Below are positions 1 to 10,256 of a DNA stretch of 64,000 nt, one piece after another. The notes beneath the pieces are model-generated. The model was not told the origin of the DNA. It saw only the letters and a program-made list of their open reading frames with translations, and did not search any database. The stretch's first letter is position 1, and each line of letters starts with the position of its first letter. Source of the stretch: an uncultured Methanosarcinaceae archaeon (GTDB lineage: Archaea; Halobacteriota; Methanosarcinia; Methanosarcinales; Methanosarcinaceae); NCBI GenBank assembly GCA_963847185.1, contig CAWJYV010000001.1, positions 64,001 to 128,000 on the forward strand, in the 5' to 3' direction. The translations under genes and the position numbers were made by a program.

Positions 1-228
1 CTATTAATTAAATTCAGGTGAAACCATTATTTATTTTTTGGAGTCATTTCTGAGTACAAGCTGGTTTTTTAACTTCTTATATTTAAAGTGCCCTTTGTAT
101 TAGCAATCCTTACTCAGAATGTCTACATATCAGTTTCTTTTGATATCCACCCTACCGGTTTTTAATATTTAGATTATATCATTGTTTATATTAGCTTTTG
201 AAATTCAATCAATTAAAGAGGCTGGGAA

Positions 229-378
229 ATGAAAGAAGAAAATGAAATAGCACCGGAAGAGGGTTCTGAAAGCAACTCAAAAGATGACGATGAAGACCTT
301 CTGTACACTCATAAGCCTGAAAGTCGAGGTAGTACTATGCAGTGGAACTCTGCTTTTTGCAGAAAGCCTGGTCATTGA
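229..378 (+). CDS. small acidic protein (49 aa, MKEENEIAPEEG...QWNSAFCRKPGH), not in ORF track
   Basis: manual translation ATG229-TGA378; GAGG RBS-like upstream; co-directional with the CMD gene. Confidence 0.5.
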   Translation: MKEENEIAPEEGSESNSKDDDEDLLYTHKPESRGSTMQWNSAFCRKPGH

Positions 379-418
379 ATTTCACCATATATCTAGTTGT
401 TTTTAGGAGTTGATTTAA

Positions 419-769
419 ATGTCATTTTTGAACGAAATGATGCCTGAAACTGCTGAAGCTTTCGGACAAATGAGAAATTCCATTTTCAAAGATGGTTTCT
501 TGGATCTCAAAACTAAGGAACTGATCGCTATTGCATCCTCAGTACTTATGCGCTGCCAATTTTGTGTTGACACCCACTCACAAAGAGCAATTACAGCAGG
601 AGCCACAAAGGAAGAGATTGCAGAAGCAATTTCAGTTTCAATGTTTATTGCTGCTGGTTCACAGATAGGATGGACCAATATATATGAAGAAAGCATATAT
701 GATAAAATCTTTAAAAAGGATGCTAAAGAAGAAGGAGAAGAAGACTGTAATTGTTGTTGTAGTGACTGA
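419..769 (+). CDS. carboxymuconolactone decarboxylase/AhpD family protein
   Basis: KTKELIAIA..RCQFCVDTH motif; GGAG RBS; Cys-rich tail CNCCC. Confidence 0.9.
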   Translation: MSFLNEMMPETAEAFGQMRNSIFKDGFLDLKTKELIAIASSVLMRCQFCVDTHSQRAITAGATKEEIAEAISVSMFIAAGSQIGWTNIYEESIYDKIFKKDAKEEGEEDCNCCCSD

Positions 770-822
770 AAGCTAATTTTATTATTTTTAAATTTTCCTT
801 CACTTCTTATCTAATTTTTGTT

Positions 823-1290
823 TTAATTTTGCTCCTTTACTACAAATACAGAACTTTTTGAATGCCTTACTACCTTATCTGTTACGCTTCCAAGCAAAAA
901 TCTTTCTAATCCTCCTTTACCAAGAGTTCCCATTATTATCACATTTACTTTTTTCTGCTCTGCAAATTCTAAGATTGCATTAGCCGGATTACCTTCCATA
1001 ACCATACCTTCAAAGTCTATTCCCTTATTCTTTGCAACATCATTCGCATATTGAATAGCATTGGCTCCTTCTTGACGTAGAGTTTCCTCCATAACATCCC
1101 ATTTAGAACCGAGATAAATTGGTGTTTCCAACGTAGGCGGAATATATGCATTTTTGTCCAAAACATAAAGGGCATAGACTTTTGCACCCATTAATTTTGC
1201 AAGTTCCATTCCTTGAAGTACGGCATTTTGACTACACTTAGACCCATCTGTTGCGATTAAAATTGTTTGAAAATTATTGTTAAGAGTCAC
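823..1290 (-). CDS. universal stress protein (UspA family)
   Basis: ILIATDGS...IIMGTLGKGGLERFLLGSVTDKVVRHS. Confidence 0.95.
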   Translation of the reverse strand: MTLNNNFQTILIATDGSKCSQNAVLQGMELAKLMGAKVYALYVLDKNAYIPPTLETPIYLGSKWDVMEETLRQEGANAIQYANDVAKNKGIDFEGMVMEGNPANAILEFAEQKKVNVIIMGTLGKGGLERFLLGSVTDKVVRHSKSSVFVVKEQN

Positions 1291-1917
1291 TGATTTCCCC
1301 TCAATTCCAGAATAGTAGCAAATTACGTTGATTACAAATAAACACGGACAGAGTTATTACAGTATTATTTGAAATACAAACAAATAAGACTATGGTAACT
1401 ATTATGCGATTTTTTTGAGAATACAACTTTTAGTTCAACATAATTTTTTTGGTGACGTTTTAGACCAACAAATGCTTAGTGCATTTTGCAGCAAGTTATT
1501 GCCACCTAACAAGGTAAAATAGAACTATTTATGTTGCCTATGTAAGCCATTTTATGGTGTTTTTGTTAGTTATCTACGGGAAGGCAGTATTTATAGGGAA
1601 TCTATGATGCTGAAGAATCTTACTGAAGTCATGGATGGACCATCTATGGGCCGAGGTTTTTAAGGATTATCCTTTGTCTGAATTTAAAGGAATGAGAGAG
1701 ATCGCTATATTCCTAGATGGACTTACAAAGTGAGCTGAGAAAAAAATAATGTAAGTTCCTCAGATTGCCTGGAGCCTGATTTTTTAGACTCTTTAACTTA
1801 AAGTAAATTATTTATATGATAGGGTCTATTTGAATATATAATCATATCTTGATATTATGGAACCTTTTTCTTGTTTCTTAGCTAGAAAACGGAATTTAAA
1901 GAACATGGAGGATTAAA

Positions 1918-2553
1918 ATGAAACGAATGCATAGAATACAAGGTAAAGAAAGGATATCTTTTTCATTTTCTTTAGTTTCAATGAATTTTTTCGTGATTTT
2001 GGCTATTTTTTGTATCCTTTTCTTCAGCTCAGGTTGCACGGACACTAATAATAGTCTTGGAAGTGATACTAAGCCTGCTGAAGTCGCAAACAATGTTAAT
2101 AATGCTGAAAGTGATTCTGATATTACAAAAGTCACAAGTGATGTTACTGAGTCTGGCGACAAAGCAGAACTTGTTGAGGTTACGAATTTGAGTCAGATCG
2201 ATGAGGCTCTCAATAAAGGCCCTGTTGTGTTGAAGCTTGGATCTAAGGAATGCACTCCCTGTAAAGAGCAGGAGAAAGTGCTTTCAGAGCTTCTTCCTAT
2301 GTATCAGGACTTTGCATCATTTATGCTTATTGATGTCAATGAGTATCCTGAACTTGGAGAGGCATTCGACGTAATAAACATTCCTGACACCTGTGTTATT
2401 GTAGGTAAAGAGGATGGGAACTACATTTATGTAAAACCCGACGGTAGCAAAACCTCAGAGAGAATGTCTGCAAGGTTCATAGGTGTTACAGATAAAGAAA
2501 CCCTTTCAGAAACTCTTGATAAAGCTATTGAATCCTGGAAAACAAAGGAGTGA
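1918..2553 (+). CDS. lipoprotein-anchored thioredoxin-like protein
   Basis: hydrophobic stretch + SSGC lipobox; CTPC active site; IP cis-Pro motif. Confidence 0.85.
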   Translation: MKRMHRIQGKERISFSFSLVSMNFFVILAIFCILFFSSGCTDTNNSLGSDTKPAEVANNVNNAESDSDITKVTSDVTESGDKAELVEVTNLSQIDEALNKGPVVLKLGSKECTPCKEQEKVLSELLPMYQDFASFMLIDVNEYPELGEAFDVINIPDTCVIVGKEDGNYIYVKPDGSKTSERMSARFIGVTDKETLSETLDKAIESWKTKE

Positions 2554-2557
2554 ACCT

Positions 2558-3193
2558 ATGTTTTCTAATTTTTTACCTATTGCAGCTTTTTTTGCAGGGT
2601 TAGTCAGTGTGCTTTCTCCCTGTATCCTTCCCGTAATTCCTGCAGTTTTTGCTTACTCAACTAAAGAAGGAAAGTTTAGACCCCTTGCTATAGTTTTAGG
2701 TTTATCTCTTTCCTTTACTTCCATGGGAATCATTACTTCCCTCTTTGGATCAAAATTAACGCCTTATCTCGGTTACCTTAATATTTTTGCCGAAGTACTC
2801 TTGATAATTATGGGTATTGCACTTCTTTTTGACCTCAATATTTTCAATGTTTTTGGAAATTTCTCATTCCTTGCAAATCCTAAACGAGAGGGACTCTTCG
2901 GAGGATTTTTGCTTGGTCTTTCTCTTGGAGTTGTCTGGCTTCCATGTGTTGGTAAGGTACTTGGTGCAATTCTCACAATGGTTGCCATCTCAGGTAAAGT
3001 TATCTATGGAGCATCAATGCTTTTTATCTATTCTATAGGATTTTCTATTCCGATGCTTTTTGTCGCTTATTCTGCAAGCTTCTCTTCCTCAAAAATAAGA
3101 AGTGTTTCAAAATACGGACACCAGCTAAAAACAATTGCAGGTTCAATAATACTAGGGGTCGGTTTTTATATGATTTACAAAAATCATTTTTAA
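2558..3193 (+). CDS. ccdA: cytochrome c biogenesis/thiol-disulfide transporter CcdA
   Basis: SPCILPV and WLPCVG motifs, multiple TM segments; start moved to ATG2558 after GGAG. Confidence 0.9.
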   Translation: MFSNFLPIAAFFAGLVSVLSPCILPVIPAVFAYSTKEGKFRPLAIVLGLSLSFTSMGIITSLFGSKLTPYLGYLNIFAEVLLIIMGIALLFDLNIFNVFGNFSFLANPKREGLFGGFLLGLSLGVVWLPCVGKVLGAILTMVAISGKVIYGASMLFIYSIGFSIPMLFVAYSASFSSSKIRSVSKYGHQLKTIAGSIILGVGFYMIYKNHF

Positions 3194-3286
3194 AACTTCA
3201 ATACAAATTTTTTAGAAAAGTTAGAAACTTCCGTTTTGAATAATAAAACTAAAGAAAGGTAATAAGAGAAAAGCAACAAAAGTACT

Positions 3287-3691
3287 TCAAGTATCTCTTA
3301 TTACACGTATAATTTTTTCTATGTATTCGGGCTTTACATCCGAAGGAATTGTTTTTTTAATACCTAAATCAGTAATCATTATATGGATATCTGATTTCAA
3401 GCCTGCCTCATCTAGCTTTTTTGTTGCACAGCAATCAGTGCAGCCATCAATAACTAGAATTCGGAAGCCATCTGCGACTGCATCTTCTACAGAGGCAACT
3501 CCTTTGTGAGCCGCTGCAGCTCTGTACATATCCGGTCTTCTGAAGGCAAGAGCTGACGCTGCCTGCATCGTAAGTTTTCCGGTGTTTGAAAGACCTGAAC
3601 AAGCAAAAATAAGGGTTCTTCTTGTAGCTTTTTGTGCTTTATTCTCACTTTGAAGTAAAGGCTCTGAGTATCCTGTTTCTACTGATTCCAT
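3287..3691 (-). CDS. putative zinc-binding DGC domain protein
   Basis: FACSGLSNTG, IDGCTDCCA motifs. Confidence 0.85.
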   Translation of the reverse strand: MESVETGYSEPLLQSENKAQKATRRTLIFACSGLSNTGKLTMQAASALAFRRPDMYRAAAAHKGVASVEDAVADGFRILVIDGCTDCCATKKLDEAGLKSDIHIMITDLGIKKTIPSDVKPEYIEKIIRVIRDT

Positions 3692-3794
3692 GCCTAATTA
3701 CAACCTTCTAAGAAATTATTTTAAAAATGTTGAAATAGGTAATATAATAGTCTCTAAAGCATTGTCTAAGAAAGAATAGTTGTAGTGAAGAAAT

Positions 3795-4118
3795 TTAGAC
3801 AGCATTGAATTCTATACTGATGCTACCTGCTTTTTTTACCAGAGATTTTGCAAGGAAACCACTTTCCATTCTACAGAGGTTGAGTACTGCGCAGGGTACA
3901 AGGCAATTTGAAGAACAATTTGCTTCCTGTGCCCTATCAATCACATAATTGTTTTTGATGTCCAGAATTTCCATCATAGGAACTTCCATATGAGAGAACT
4001 TCTTTATCTTTTCACATGGGGTTTCTATGTCAACAATAATTTTATTTCCTTTTTTGCTTCCAGTTATCTTATGGACAAAGCCACAAATAGTGGAATTTAC
4101 AGTAAATTCAGTCAACAT
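3795..4118 (-). CDS. conserved Cys-containing hypothetical protein (DUF6951-like)
   Basis: STICGF...TPCE...CSSNCLVPC; GGTGA RBS before ATG4118. Confidence 0.65.
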   Translation of the reverse strand: MLTEFTVNSTICGFVHKITGSKKGNKIIVDIETPCEKIKKFSHMEVPMMEILDIKNNYVIDRAQEANCSSNCLVPCAVLNLCRMESGFLAKSLVKKAGSISIEFNAV

Positions 4119-4209
4119 GTCACCTTCGATGTTAATCATTTAAGTCTATTTTAAGTCATTATATGAAAGATAGCTTTAAGCGATATATATAAGTTAATTG
4201 AGTCCGAGA

Positions 4210-4593
4210 TTACTCGGACTGCAGTATCTCAAGGGTTTTTTCTAGAGCTTCTGAGATCTCACTGTCCTTGAGATTTTTATCTTTATTCTTTTTGATCCCC
4301 AGCTCAGAGATGATAATATGTTCATCTACTTTGAAACCTGCAAGTTCGAGAGTTTTGCTTGCACAGTTAACCGGGCACCCGTCAATAGCAACTATCCTGT
4401 CCGAACTTTCAGCGGACTTCATAAGTCCAGGGGCCCTAGCTCCTATTCCTACGGTACACATTAAATTCCCAATGTTTTGTTTTTCGAGTTCAATTGCGAT
4501 TATATTTGAGATCTGACCCACATTTGAAGCCCCAACACATGGGAAAATTGCCACATTTGCTGAACCGCATGCACATTTTGTCTCTTCTGTCAT
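4210..4593 (-). CDS. putative zinc-binding DGC domain protein
   Basis: FPCVGASNVG, IDGCPVNCA motifs. Confidence 0.9.
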   Translation of the reverse strand: MTEETKCACGSANVAIFPCVGASNVGQISNIIAIELEKQNIGNLMCTVGIGARAPGLMKSAESSDRIVAIDGCPVNCASKTLELAGFKVDEHIIISELGIKKNKDKNLKDSEISEALEKTLEILQSE

Positions 4594-4657
4594 TGTTTAT
4601 CCTCCTTTCTGAATTCTCATCTGGCTGTTAATCTTTTTGCTACAGACACGTCTTCTT

Positions 4658-4891
4658 TTAATGAGAAATCCATTTTTTGATTTCTTTTTCATCTGGAACT
4701 TTGCCTGCAAGTTTTACGTCTCCATCTATAACAACTGCAGGGGTAACCATAACGCCATAGCTCATTATTTTTTCAATATCCTCAACTTTAATTACCTCAG
4801 CCTCAACACCAGTTTGCTTGAGTACTTTTTCAATTGCTTCTTTTGTTTTCTTGCACTTGGAGCATCCTGTTCCGAGAACTTCTATTTTCAT
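4658..4891 (-). CDS. small thioredoxin-fold redox protein (MTH895/Thioredoxin_3 type)
   Basis: MKIEVLGTGCSKC...GVMVTPAVVIDG. Confidence 0.92.
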   Translation of the reverse strand: MKIEVLGTGCSKCKKTKEAIEKVLKQTGVEAEVIKVEDIEKIMSYGVMVTPAVVIDGDVKLAGKVPDEKEIKKWISH

Positions 4892-4986
4892 ATATTTTCC
4901 TCCATTTTCGTTAGCTGAATTATTTTCCTATTTTGCCTTTATTTATAAATTTTAAATTGCCAAATCTTAGGAAGGCAATGGCAGAT

Positions 4987-5958
4987 TTACAATATTATAT
5001 TGAATAAATATCCTGTAAAAATTATCGATACTGCTACAATTGAAACAAAGATTGCTATCAATTCTTTTTTCAGTACCTTTCTGAGGATAATCATCTCAGG
5101 AAGAGATACGGCTGTGACAGACATTAGAAAGGCCAAGGCAGTTCCGACTGGAAGCCCTTTTCCTATCAAGCTTTCTACAATGGGAATCATAGCCATAACG
5201 TTCGAGTAAAGGGGTACTCCAATAAGGACAGCAATCGGCACTGCAAGCAAATTATCCTTACCAGCATATTTTTCTAAAATGCCTTCAGGCGCATATCCAT
5301 GGAATATGCCTCCTATAGCGACTCCTATTATTACATAGAGCCATACTCTACCCACAATTTCCTTTACACTCTCAAAGGCAAACTCTACTCTTTCCTTAAC
5401 TGTGAGTTTTTGATCTTCTGTAGCTTGTTTTCCTACTTTCATTCTATATACAAAATCTTCTACATATCTTTCAAGCTTCAAATGTCCAATTATATAACCA
5501 CCCAAAACACCAAGCGCAACCCCTGATATAACATAAAGTACAGTAGCCTTAAGTCCGAGAGTTGCCCATAGAGCTGCTACAGCGGCCTCATTTACAAGAG
5601 GAGAAGTGATCAAAAAGGCAAAAGTGACTCCAAGAGGCACTCCAGCTTCCACAAACCCTATAAAGATTGGAACAGAAGAACACGAACAAAAAGGAGTTAC
5701 TGTCCCGATAAGAGATGCAAGAAAATAATATTTGATCCCTTGCTTGCTTCCAAGAACCTGCCTTGTTCTTTCGGGAGTGATATATGTCCTGAGGTAGGAA
5801 ACAAGAAAGATCATTACAGCTAGAAGAACGAAAATTTTCATTACATCATAAATAATAAAATTAACACTAGCTGCAAGGTGGGTACCGGGTTCGATACCTA
5901 ATACTTTATATGTCAGTTTGTCAGCAATCCATTGAAGAGGATAGAATACGTCAACCAT
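4987..5958 (-). CDS. ArsP/DUF318 family permease
   Basis: TPFCSCSSVP, TSPLVNE, SLPE motifs. Confidence 0.92.
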   Translation of the reverse strand: MVDVFYPLQWIADKLTYKVLGIEPGTHLAASVNFIIYDVMKIFVLLAVMIFLVSYLRTYITPERTRQVLGSKQGIKYYFLASLIGTVTPFCSCSSVPIFIGFVEAGVPLGVTFAFLITSPLVNEAAVAALWATLGLKATVLYVISGVALGVLGGYIIGHLKLERYVEDFVYRMKVGKQATEDQKLTVKERVEFAFESVKEIVGRVWLYVIIGVAIGGIFHGYAPEGILEKYAGKDNLLAVPIAVLIGVPLYSNVMAMIPIVESLIGKGLPVGTALAFLMSVTAVSLPEMIILRKVLKKELIAIFVSIVAVSIIFTGYLFNIIL

Positions 5959-6012
5959 TTTAGATCCTCCTTGATTATTAATTATTCTTTGCTAGCATTT
6001 CAATTTCCAAAT

Positions 6013-6032
6013 ATATCAATATACATTGATAT
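6013..6032. promoter_or_regulatory. 8-4-8 inverted repeat, putative ArsR operator of the permease operon
   Basis: ATATCAAT-atac-ATTGATAT, perfect; just downstream of a minus-strand TATA box at ~6042-6049. Confidence 0.65.
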
Positions 6033-6441
6033 TCATAGTACTATATAAAGATTTCCATAATGCCTGAATAGTATCAGTTTGATCTCAAAATATTTTTACT
6101 TACAACAAAAGAATTTCCGAGTATCCTTTCAAAATAAGTAGCAAATTCGCTGAATAGGTGAGAAGAACAAACGATGGAATAAAGAAAAAAGTCCCTAAAA
6201 ACTTGAAGTATATCTAAATTCACTATTTACAGAAAAAAGAGAACTTTCTTTTCATAAATAGTCAGTAAGTTGATGCAATAAGTACTCTGTTGATCGCTGA
6301 ATAACAAGAAAAACAAGAACAATTCGTTCCTTTTAAGGAGGAACTGTTGGTGTCTGGAATCCCTAATAAAAATCTCACCTACTTATAACTTTCAGCGAAT
6401 ATAAATATCAAATTTTATCTATATTGGTATACAAAATCTTA

Positions 6442-6738
6442 TTATTCAAGGGCTTCCAAAATTTTCTTAACTTTCTCATTTTGTATAGAATATAGCCTCT
6501 TTTTCCCTTCTTTCCTTACTTTAATTATCCCCCAGTCCTGCAACTTTGCAAGGTGCATTGAGGTATTGGATTGAGTTCTACCAATTATTTCTGGAATCTC
6601 ACAGGCGCATATTTCTCCTTTATTACCGTACTTATTTTCCTTGCATCCACTCTGAGATTCAATCAAAGCTTCAATAATTCTGTACCTCGTATCTTCGCTG
6701 AGAGCCTTGAAGAGCTGTATGTTTTCTTCATTAATCAT
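6442..6738 (-). CDS. ArsR/SmtB family regulator
   Basis: FKALSEDTRYRI...EICACEI...QSNTSMHLAKL. Confidence 0.92.
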   Translation of the reverse strand: MINEENIQLFKALSEDTRYRIIEALIESQSGCKENKYGNKGEICACEIPEIIGRTQSNTSMHLAKLQDWGIIKVRKEGKKRLYSIQNEKVKKILEALE

Positions 6739-6927
6739 ATCAACAATTATTGAATGTGTTAAACTATATATATCTTTCTAAGTCGAAATATCTGACCTGC
6801 ATTATTGAAGAGGGGAATGAAATCTTTCTGGCGTATGCACTCTTCTAACTTTTTAGGAACTAATTACTTGCTCCTGATTTATTCCATTTTAAAAGTAATT
6901 CTCCACAATTGGAAATCTTTATATTAA

Positions 6928-6947
6928 ACATCGACATATATCGATAT
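6928..6947. promoter_or_regulatory. 8-4-8 imperfect inverted repeat, putative ArsR operator
   Basis: ACATCGAC-atat-ATCGATAT immediately after TATA box TTTATATT (6918-6925). Confidence 0.55.
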
Positions 6948-6985
6948 GATCACATTATGAGATGTTGTAATAGAGGTATGCCTTA

Positions 6986-7291
6986 ATGAGCAAAATTGGT
7001 AAAAATTTACTTGGAAAGCTCTTTGGAAACGATAAAAATTGTTGCTGTTGTGGCCCTTCAATCGTTAGTGTCAAAAAGATCAAGGTTGCAGGCAAAGATA
7101 TGGATATTGCCGGATTAGATGAAGAATTTAAAAAGCATCTTGATGCAGGAAAAGCACCAGAGGATTTGGATGCTGAAGAGCTCGTGCAAAGCCTTTTGAA
7201 AATTAATGTGATTCCTGAAAGAGAGCTGGAAAATTTTAAAGCTGCAGTCTTAAAAGAATATGCAACATACTGGCATGAGAACAGACATTAG
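6986..7291 (+). CDS. hypothetical protein with N-terminal CCCC cluster
   Basis: ORF with GAGG RBS; NCCCCG. Confidence 0.75.
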   Translation: MSKIGKNLLGKLFGNDKNCCCCGPSIVSVKKIKVAGKDMDIAGLDEEFKKHLDAGKAPEDLDAEELVQSLLKINVIPERELENFKAAVLKEYATYWHENRH

Positions 7292-7359
7292 ATCATATCG
7301 ATATTTATAGATATAACATAAATCCACATCTTAAACATAAATTATTTGGAGTTTTGTAA

Positions 7360-7524
7360 TTGAACCTTAAGTGTGCAATATGTGGAAAAGAAGAATATTC
7401 TTTGTTTAGGGCTAACCACAAAGATCTAGGAAATGTAAAGCTCTGTGTAGATTGCTGGTCTAAGGAACAGAGCAAAAACAAGTTGCTTTCCTTAGAAGGT
7501 GGAAGCAACTGTTGCAGGCAATAA
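7360..7524 (+). CDS. small zinc-finger-like protein (54 aa), not in ORF track
   Basis: TTG start after GGAG; MNLKCAICGK...LCVDCWSKE...NCCRQ*. Confidence 0.75.
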   Translation: MNLKCAICGKEEYSLFRANHKDLGNVKLCVDCWSKEQSKNKLLSLEGGSNCCRQ

Positions 7525-7549
7525 CAATAAAAGATGAAGGAAGACTATT

Positions 7550-7936
7550 GTGACTGACAGAACTGGAGTAGAAATTGAAAGATTGAAGCGCTTCATCCCT
7601 GATAAAGACCAGTTTGAGCTAAGGGCACAAAGACTCAGTTATCTGGTGAGCGGGCTGAGTGAAAAGGTATTATCTTCAGAAGCCAAAATTTTTAAGGCTC
7701 TTGCAGATACCAATCGTCTTAAAATTATAAAACTACTAAAAGAAGGAGAACTTTGTGTCTGTGAACTAACGACCGCACTCTCTACTTCTCAATCAACTGT
7801 TTCTCACCACCTTTCTGTGCTGAAAAATGCGGGCTTAGTTAAGGAAAGAAAAGAAGGAAAATGGTCATATTTTCGCCTTTCTGAAGGGGCAGTCATTGAA
7901 ATCCTTAACCAGGCAAAATTGCTTATTGATGAATAA
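7550..7936 (+). CDS. arsR: ArsR family regulator (ELCVCEL type)
   Basis: FKALADTNRLKI..ELCVCEL..QSTVSHHL. Confidence 0.9.
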   Translation: MTDRTGVEIERLKRFIPDKDQFELRAQRLSYLVSGLSEKVLSSEAKIFKALADTNRLKIIKLLKEGELCVCELTTALSTSQSTVSHHLSVLKNAGLVKERKEGKWSYFRLSEGAVIEILNQAKLLIDE

Positions 7937-8174
7937 TTTTGATACAAATTCTTCCTTTTAAAAGATAAAGTTTTGGAAAAAATAACCTCTCAAAACAGCT
8001 TTTTCTGGAGATTGGGGTTGCAAATAGAATAATCGTAGCCATTCATGATTGCGTATAGCGGTAGCTTTCACTGATAATCTCATGGTTGCTGTTCTCTGTA
8101 ATTGCATTTGCAGATATAGCAGCAAACGAAGTGATCAAACATGTAAGGTTTTAAAAAATAGGAGAAGAGATAAA

Positions 8175-9074
8175 ATGTTTTGGAATAACTTAGTTGTGGC
8201 AGTCAATTACTTTATTGAAATCGCAGTCGAGCTTACTGTTTTATTCATAGGGATAACCTTTCTCGTGGGGCTGATTCAGGAGTACGTGTCGGACGAGACT
8301 ATAAAAAAAGCTCTGGGAGGGCAACACAAATTTATAGGAAGTATCCTTGGAGCGGGATTCGGTGCCTTAACTCCTTTCTGTTCCTGTTCAACTATACCGC
8401 TTCTTTTAGGAATGCTTAACGCTGGTGTGCCCTTCGCTGCAGCAATGGCATTTCTATTTTCCTCTCCTTTACTAAACCCGGTGATAATATCACTTTTCAT
8501 CATTCTGTTGGGCTGGAAGGTAGCCACGATCTACTTTGTCGTCACCTTCGTGGCTTCAATTACCATTAGCCTCTTGCTTGATGGACTAGGCTTTGTCCAT
8601 CAAGTCAAGTCAGCTGCAGTTATACGAAGTAGCTGCGATTGCCAGCAAGCAACGGATGCAAGATCTAGGGTACAAAGGGCTGCAAAATTTGCATTCAGCC
8701 TATTTCGCCAGCTTATACCTTATCTTCTCATAGGAGCGGGCATTGGCGCATTCATTCATGGATTCGTACCTACTGAAATTGTTTCCCGTCTCGCCGGACC
8801 TACCAATCCTCTGGCAGTTCCTGTGGCTGCAATTGTCGGTATTCCTCTCTATATCCGAGCAGAGACCATGATACCTATTGGGCTGGCACTTATTGAAAAA
8901 GGGATGAGTGTAGGAGCAGTCCTGGCATTAATAATCGGAGGTGCAGGAGCCAGTATACCCGAACTGGCGCTTCTTTCAGCTATATTCAAGAAGAGATTAC
9001 TAGCTGCTTTCGTAGTAACCATTTTCATAATTGCTATAGCTGCGGGATATCTTGCTAATCTGTTAGTGATATAA
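8175..9074 (+). CDS. ArsP/DUF318 family permease
   Basis: TPFCSCSTIP, SSPLLNP, GAGASIPE; probable start ATG8175. Confidence 0.9.
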   Translation: MFWNNLVVAVNYFIEIAVELTVLFIGITFLVGLIQEYVSDETIKKALGGQHKFIGSILGAGFGALTPFCSCSTIPLLLGMLNAGVPFAAAMAFLFSSPLLNPVIISLFIILLGWKVATIYFVVTFVASITISLLLDGLGFVHQVKSAAVIRSSCDCQQATDARSRVQRAAKFAFSLFRQLIPYLLIGAGIGAFIHGFVPTEIVSRLAGPTNPLAVPVAAIVGIPLYIRAETMIPIGLALIEKGMSVGAVLALIIGGAGASIPELALLSAIFKKRLLAAFVVTIFIIAIAAGYLANLLVI

Positions 9075-9422
9075 AATCAGTAAGAAAGATAAATGATGAT
9101 GCCAAGAAAGCAAAAACTTGGTATCATCTCCCAAATATCTGGAAGATCCAGTCTTTTATTTCATCTCTAACCAGCTGGAAGACCTTGAATCTGAATTATG
9201 GGTGCATAAAAAAAGAATCTTCTTTTTTTCCTGCAATTTCGTATTTGTTCTCATCTTGCTTTCATTGCACACAATATTAAATCAGGATTGTGATTCATAC
9301 TTTGAAAAGATAAAATTCGCAAAATATCAATATTAATAAGTTGCATCTACATGAAAAGACTGAAACACTTTCCTAGGCAACCTTTATTGCTTCTTTCGCA
9401 AATATGGAAGCCTCAGTTTTCA

Positions 9423-9704
9423 TTATCTTTTCGCCTTCTGCACCTCTTTTGTTACTCTCTTCATCATCTCTCCTACTAGATTTGCTTTATCACAGTGAGA
9501 AGCTTCTTTAGGCTTACAATTAAGGAGAATACTCATCAATCTGTCAGCTGTTCGATAATATTTCATGTCTTCAAGCCTGACCAGAAGTGCAGATAAATTT
9601 TCACTAAACTCTCTGCATTTTTCATGATTGCAAATAGCTTGTTCATGCAACTGGCAGACAGATTGAAGATTTTTTACTATTTCTTCTGGGATATTCTCGA
9701 CCAT
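9423..9704 (-). CDS. hypothetical Cys/His-containing protein
   Basis: clean ORF, protein-like composition. Confidence 0.65.
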   Translation of the reverse strand: MVENIPEEIVKNLQSVCQLHEQAICNHEKCREFSENLSALLVRLEDMKYYRTADRLMSILLNCKPKEASHCDKANLVGEMMKRVTKEVQKAKR

Positions 9705-9918
9705 AGTGATCGACTCGACTCAGTAATTCTCTTTAATGATGTTTTAAATTAGGGTCGTGGGTAGTTACTGAAATCAAGAGTCAAATTTCATTTAACGGCT
9801 GTTTAGTGTCATGACTCAACTACCTATTAGTTAAAAATGAGAAGGTAAAGTAGTATTTTAATTAAACATCAAAGATTTGAGTTAAAGAATGAAATTTTAA
9901 ACTTATAATCTAAGAACT

Positions 9919-10221
9919 TTAAAATGTGTATCCGCGCCCGCAGTTTTCCATAATGTCGTGAATAAGTGTTGCGTAAAAGTCATCAGGAACCGTAACTTTC
10001 TCTCCTGCCGTGATAGCTCTTGCTTCCAAATCTTCCTTGCACGCATAGACCTTGCACTCTGGCAGTCTTTCCTCTATCCCGGTAAGCAAGTGATAGACCC
10101 CATCTCCTGCAAGGTAAAGCCTAAAGTTTCCTGTACGAGATACAATTTTGAGACACAAATCAGATCTTGGATTAAGAGGAGGTTTTGTCAGCAAGAAAAC
10201 GTCCTTTTGTTCTTGTTTCAT
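9919..10221 (-). CDS. DsrH/TusB family sulfur relay protein
   Basis: LYLAGDGVY...EDLEAR; third gene of E-F-H triplet. Confidence 0.8.
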   Translation of the reverse strand: MKQEQKDVFLLTKPPLNPRSDLCLKIVSRTGNFRLYLAGDGVYHLLTGIEERLPECKVYACKEDLEARAITAGEKVTVPDDFYATLIHDIMENCGRGYTF

Positions 10222-10256
10222 ATTATCATCCTATTCATCCTACTCAGCAGTCAATA

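Noticed and set aside
9759-9827. Short inverted repeat GGTAGTT/AACTACC
   Set aside because: Too short and single-copy in the window to call a MITE.
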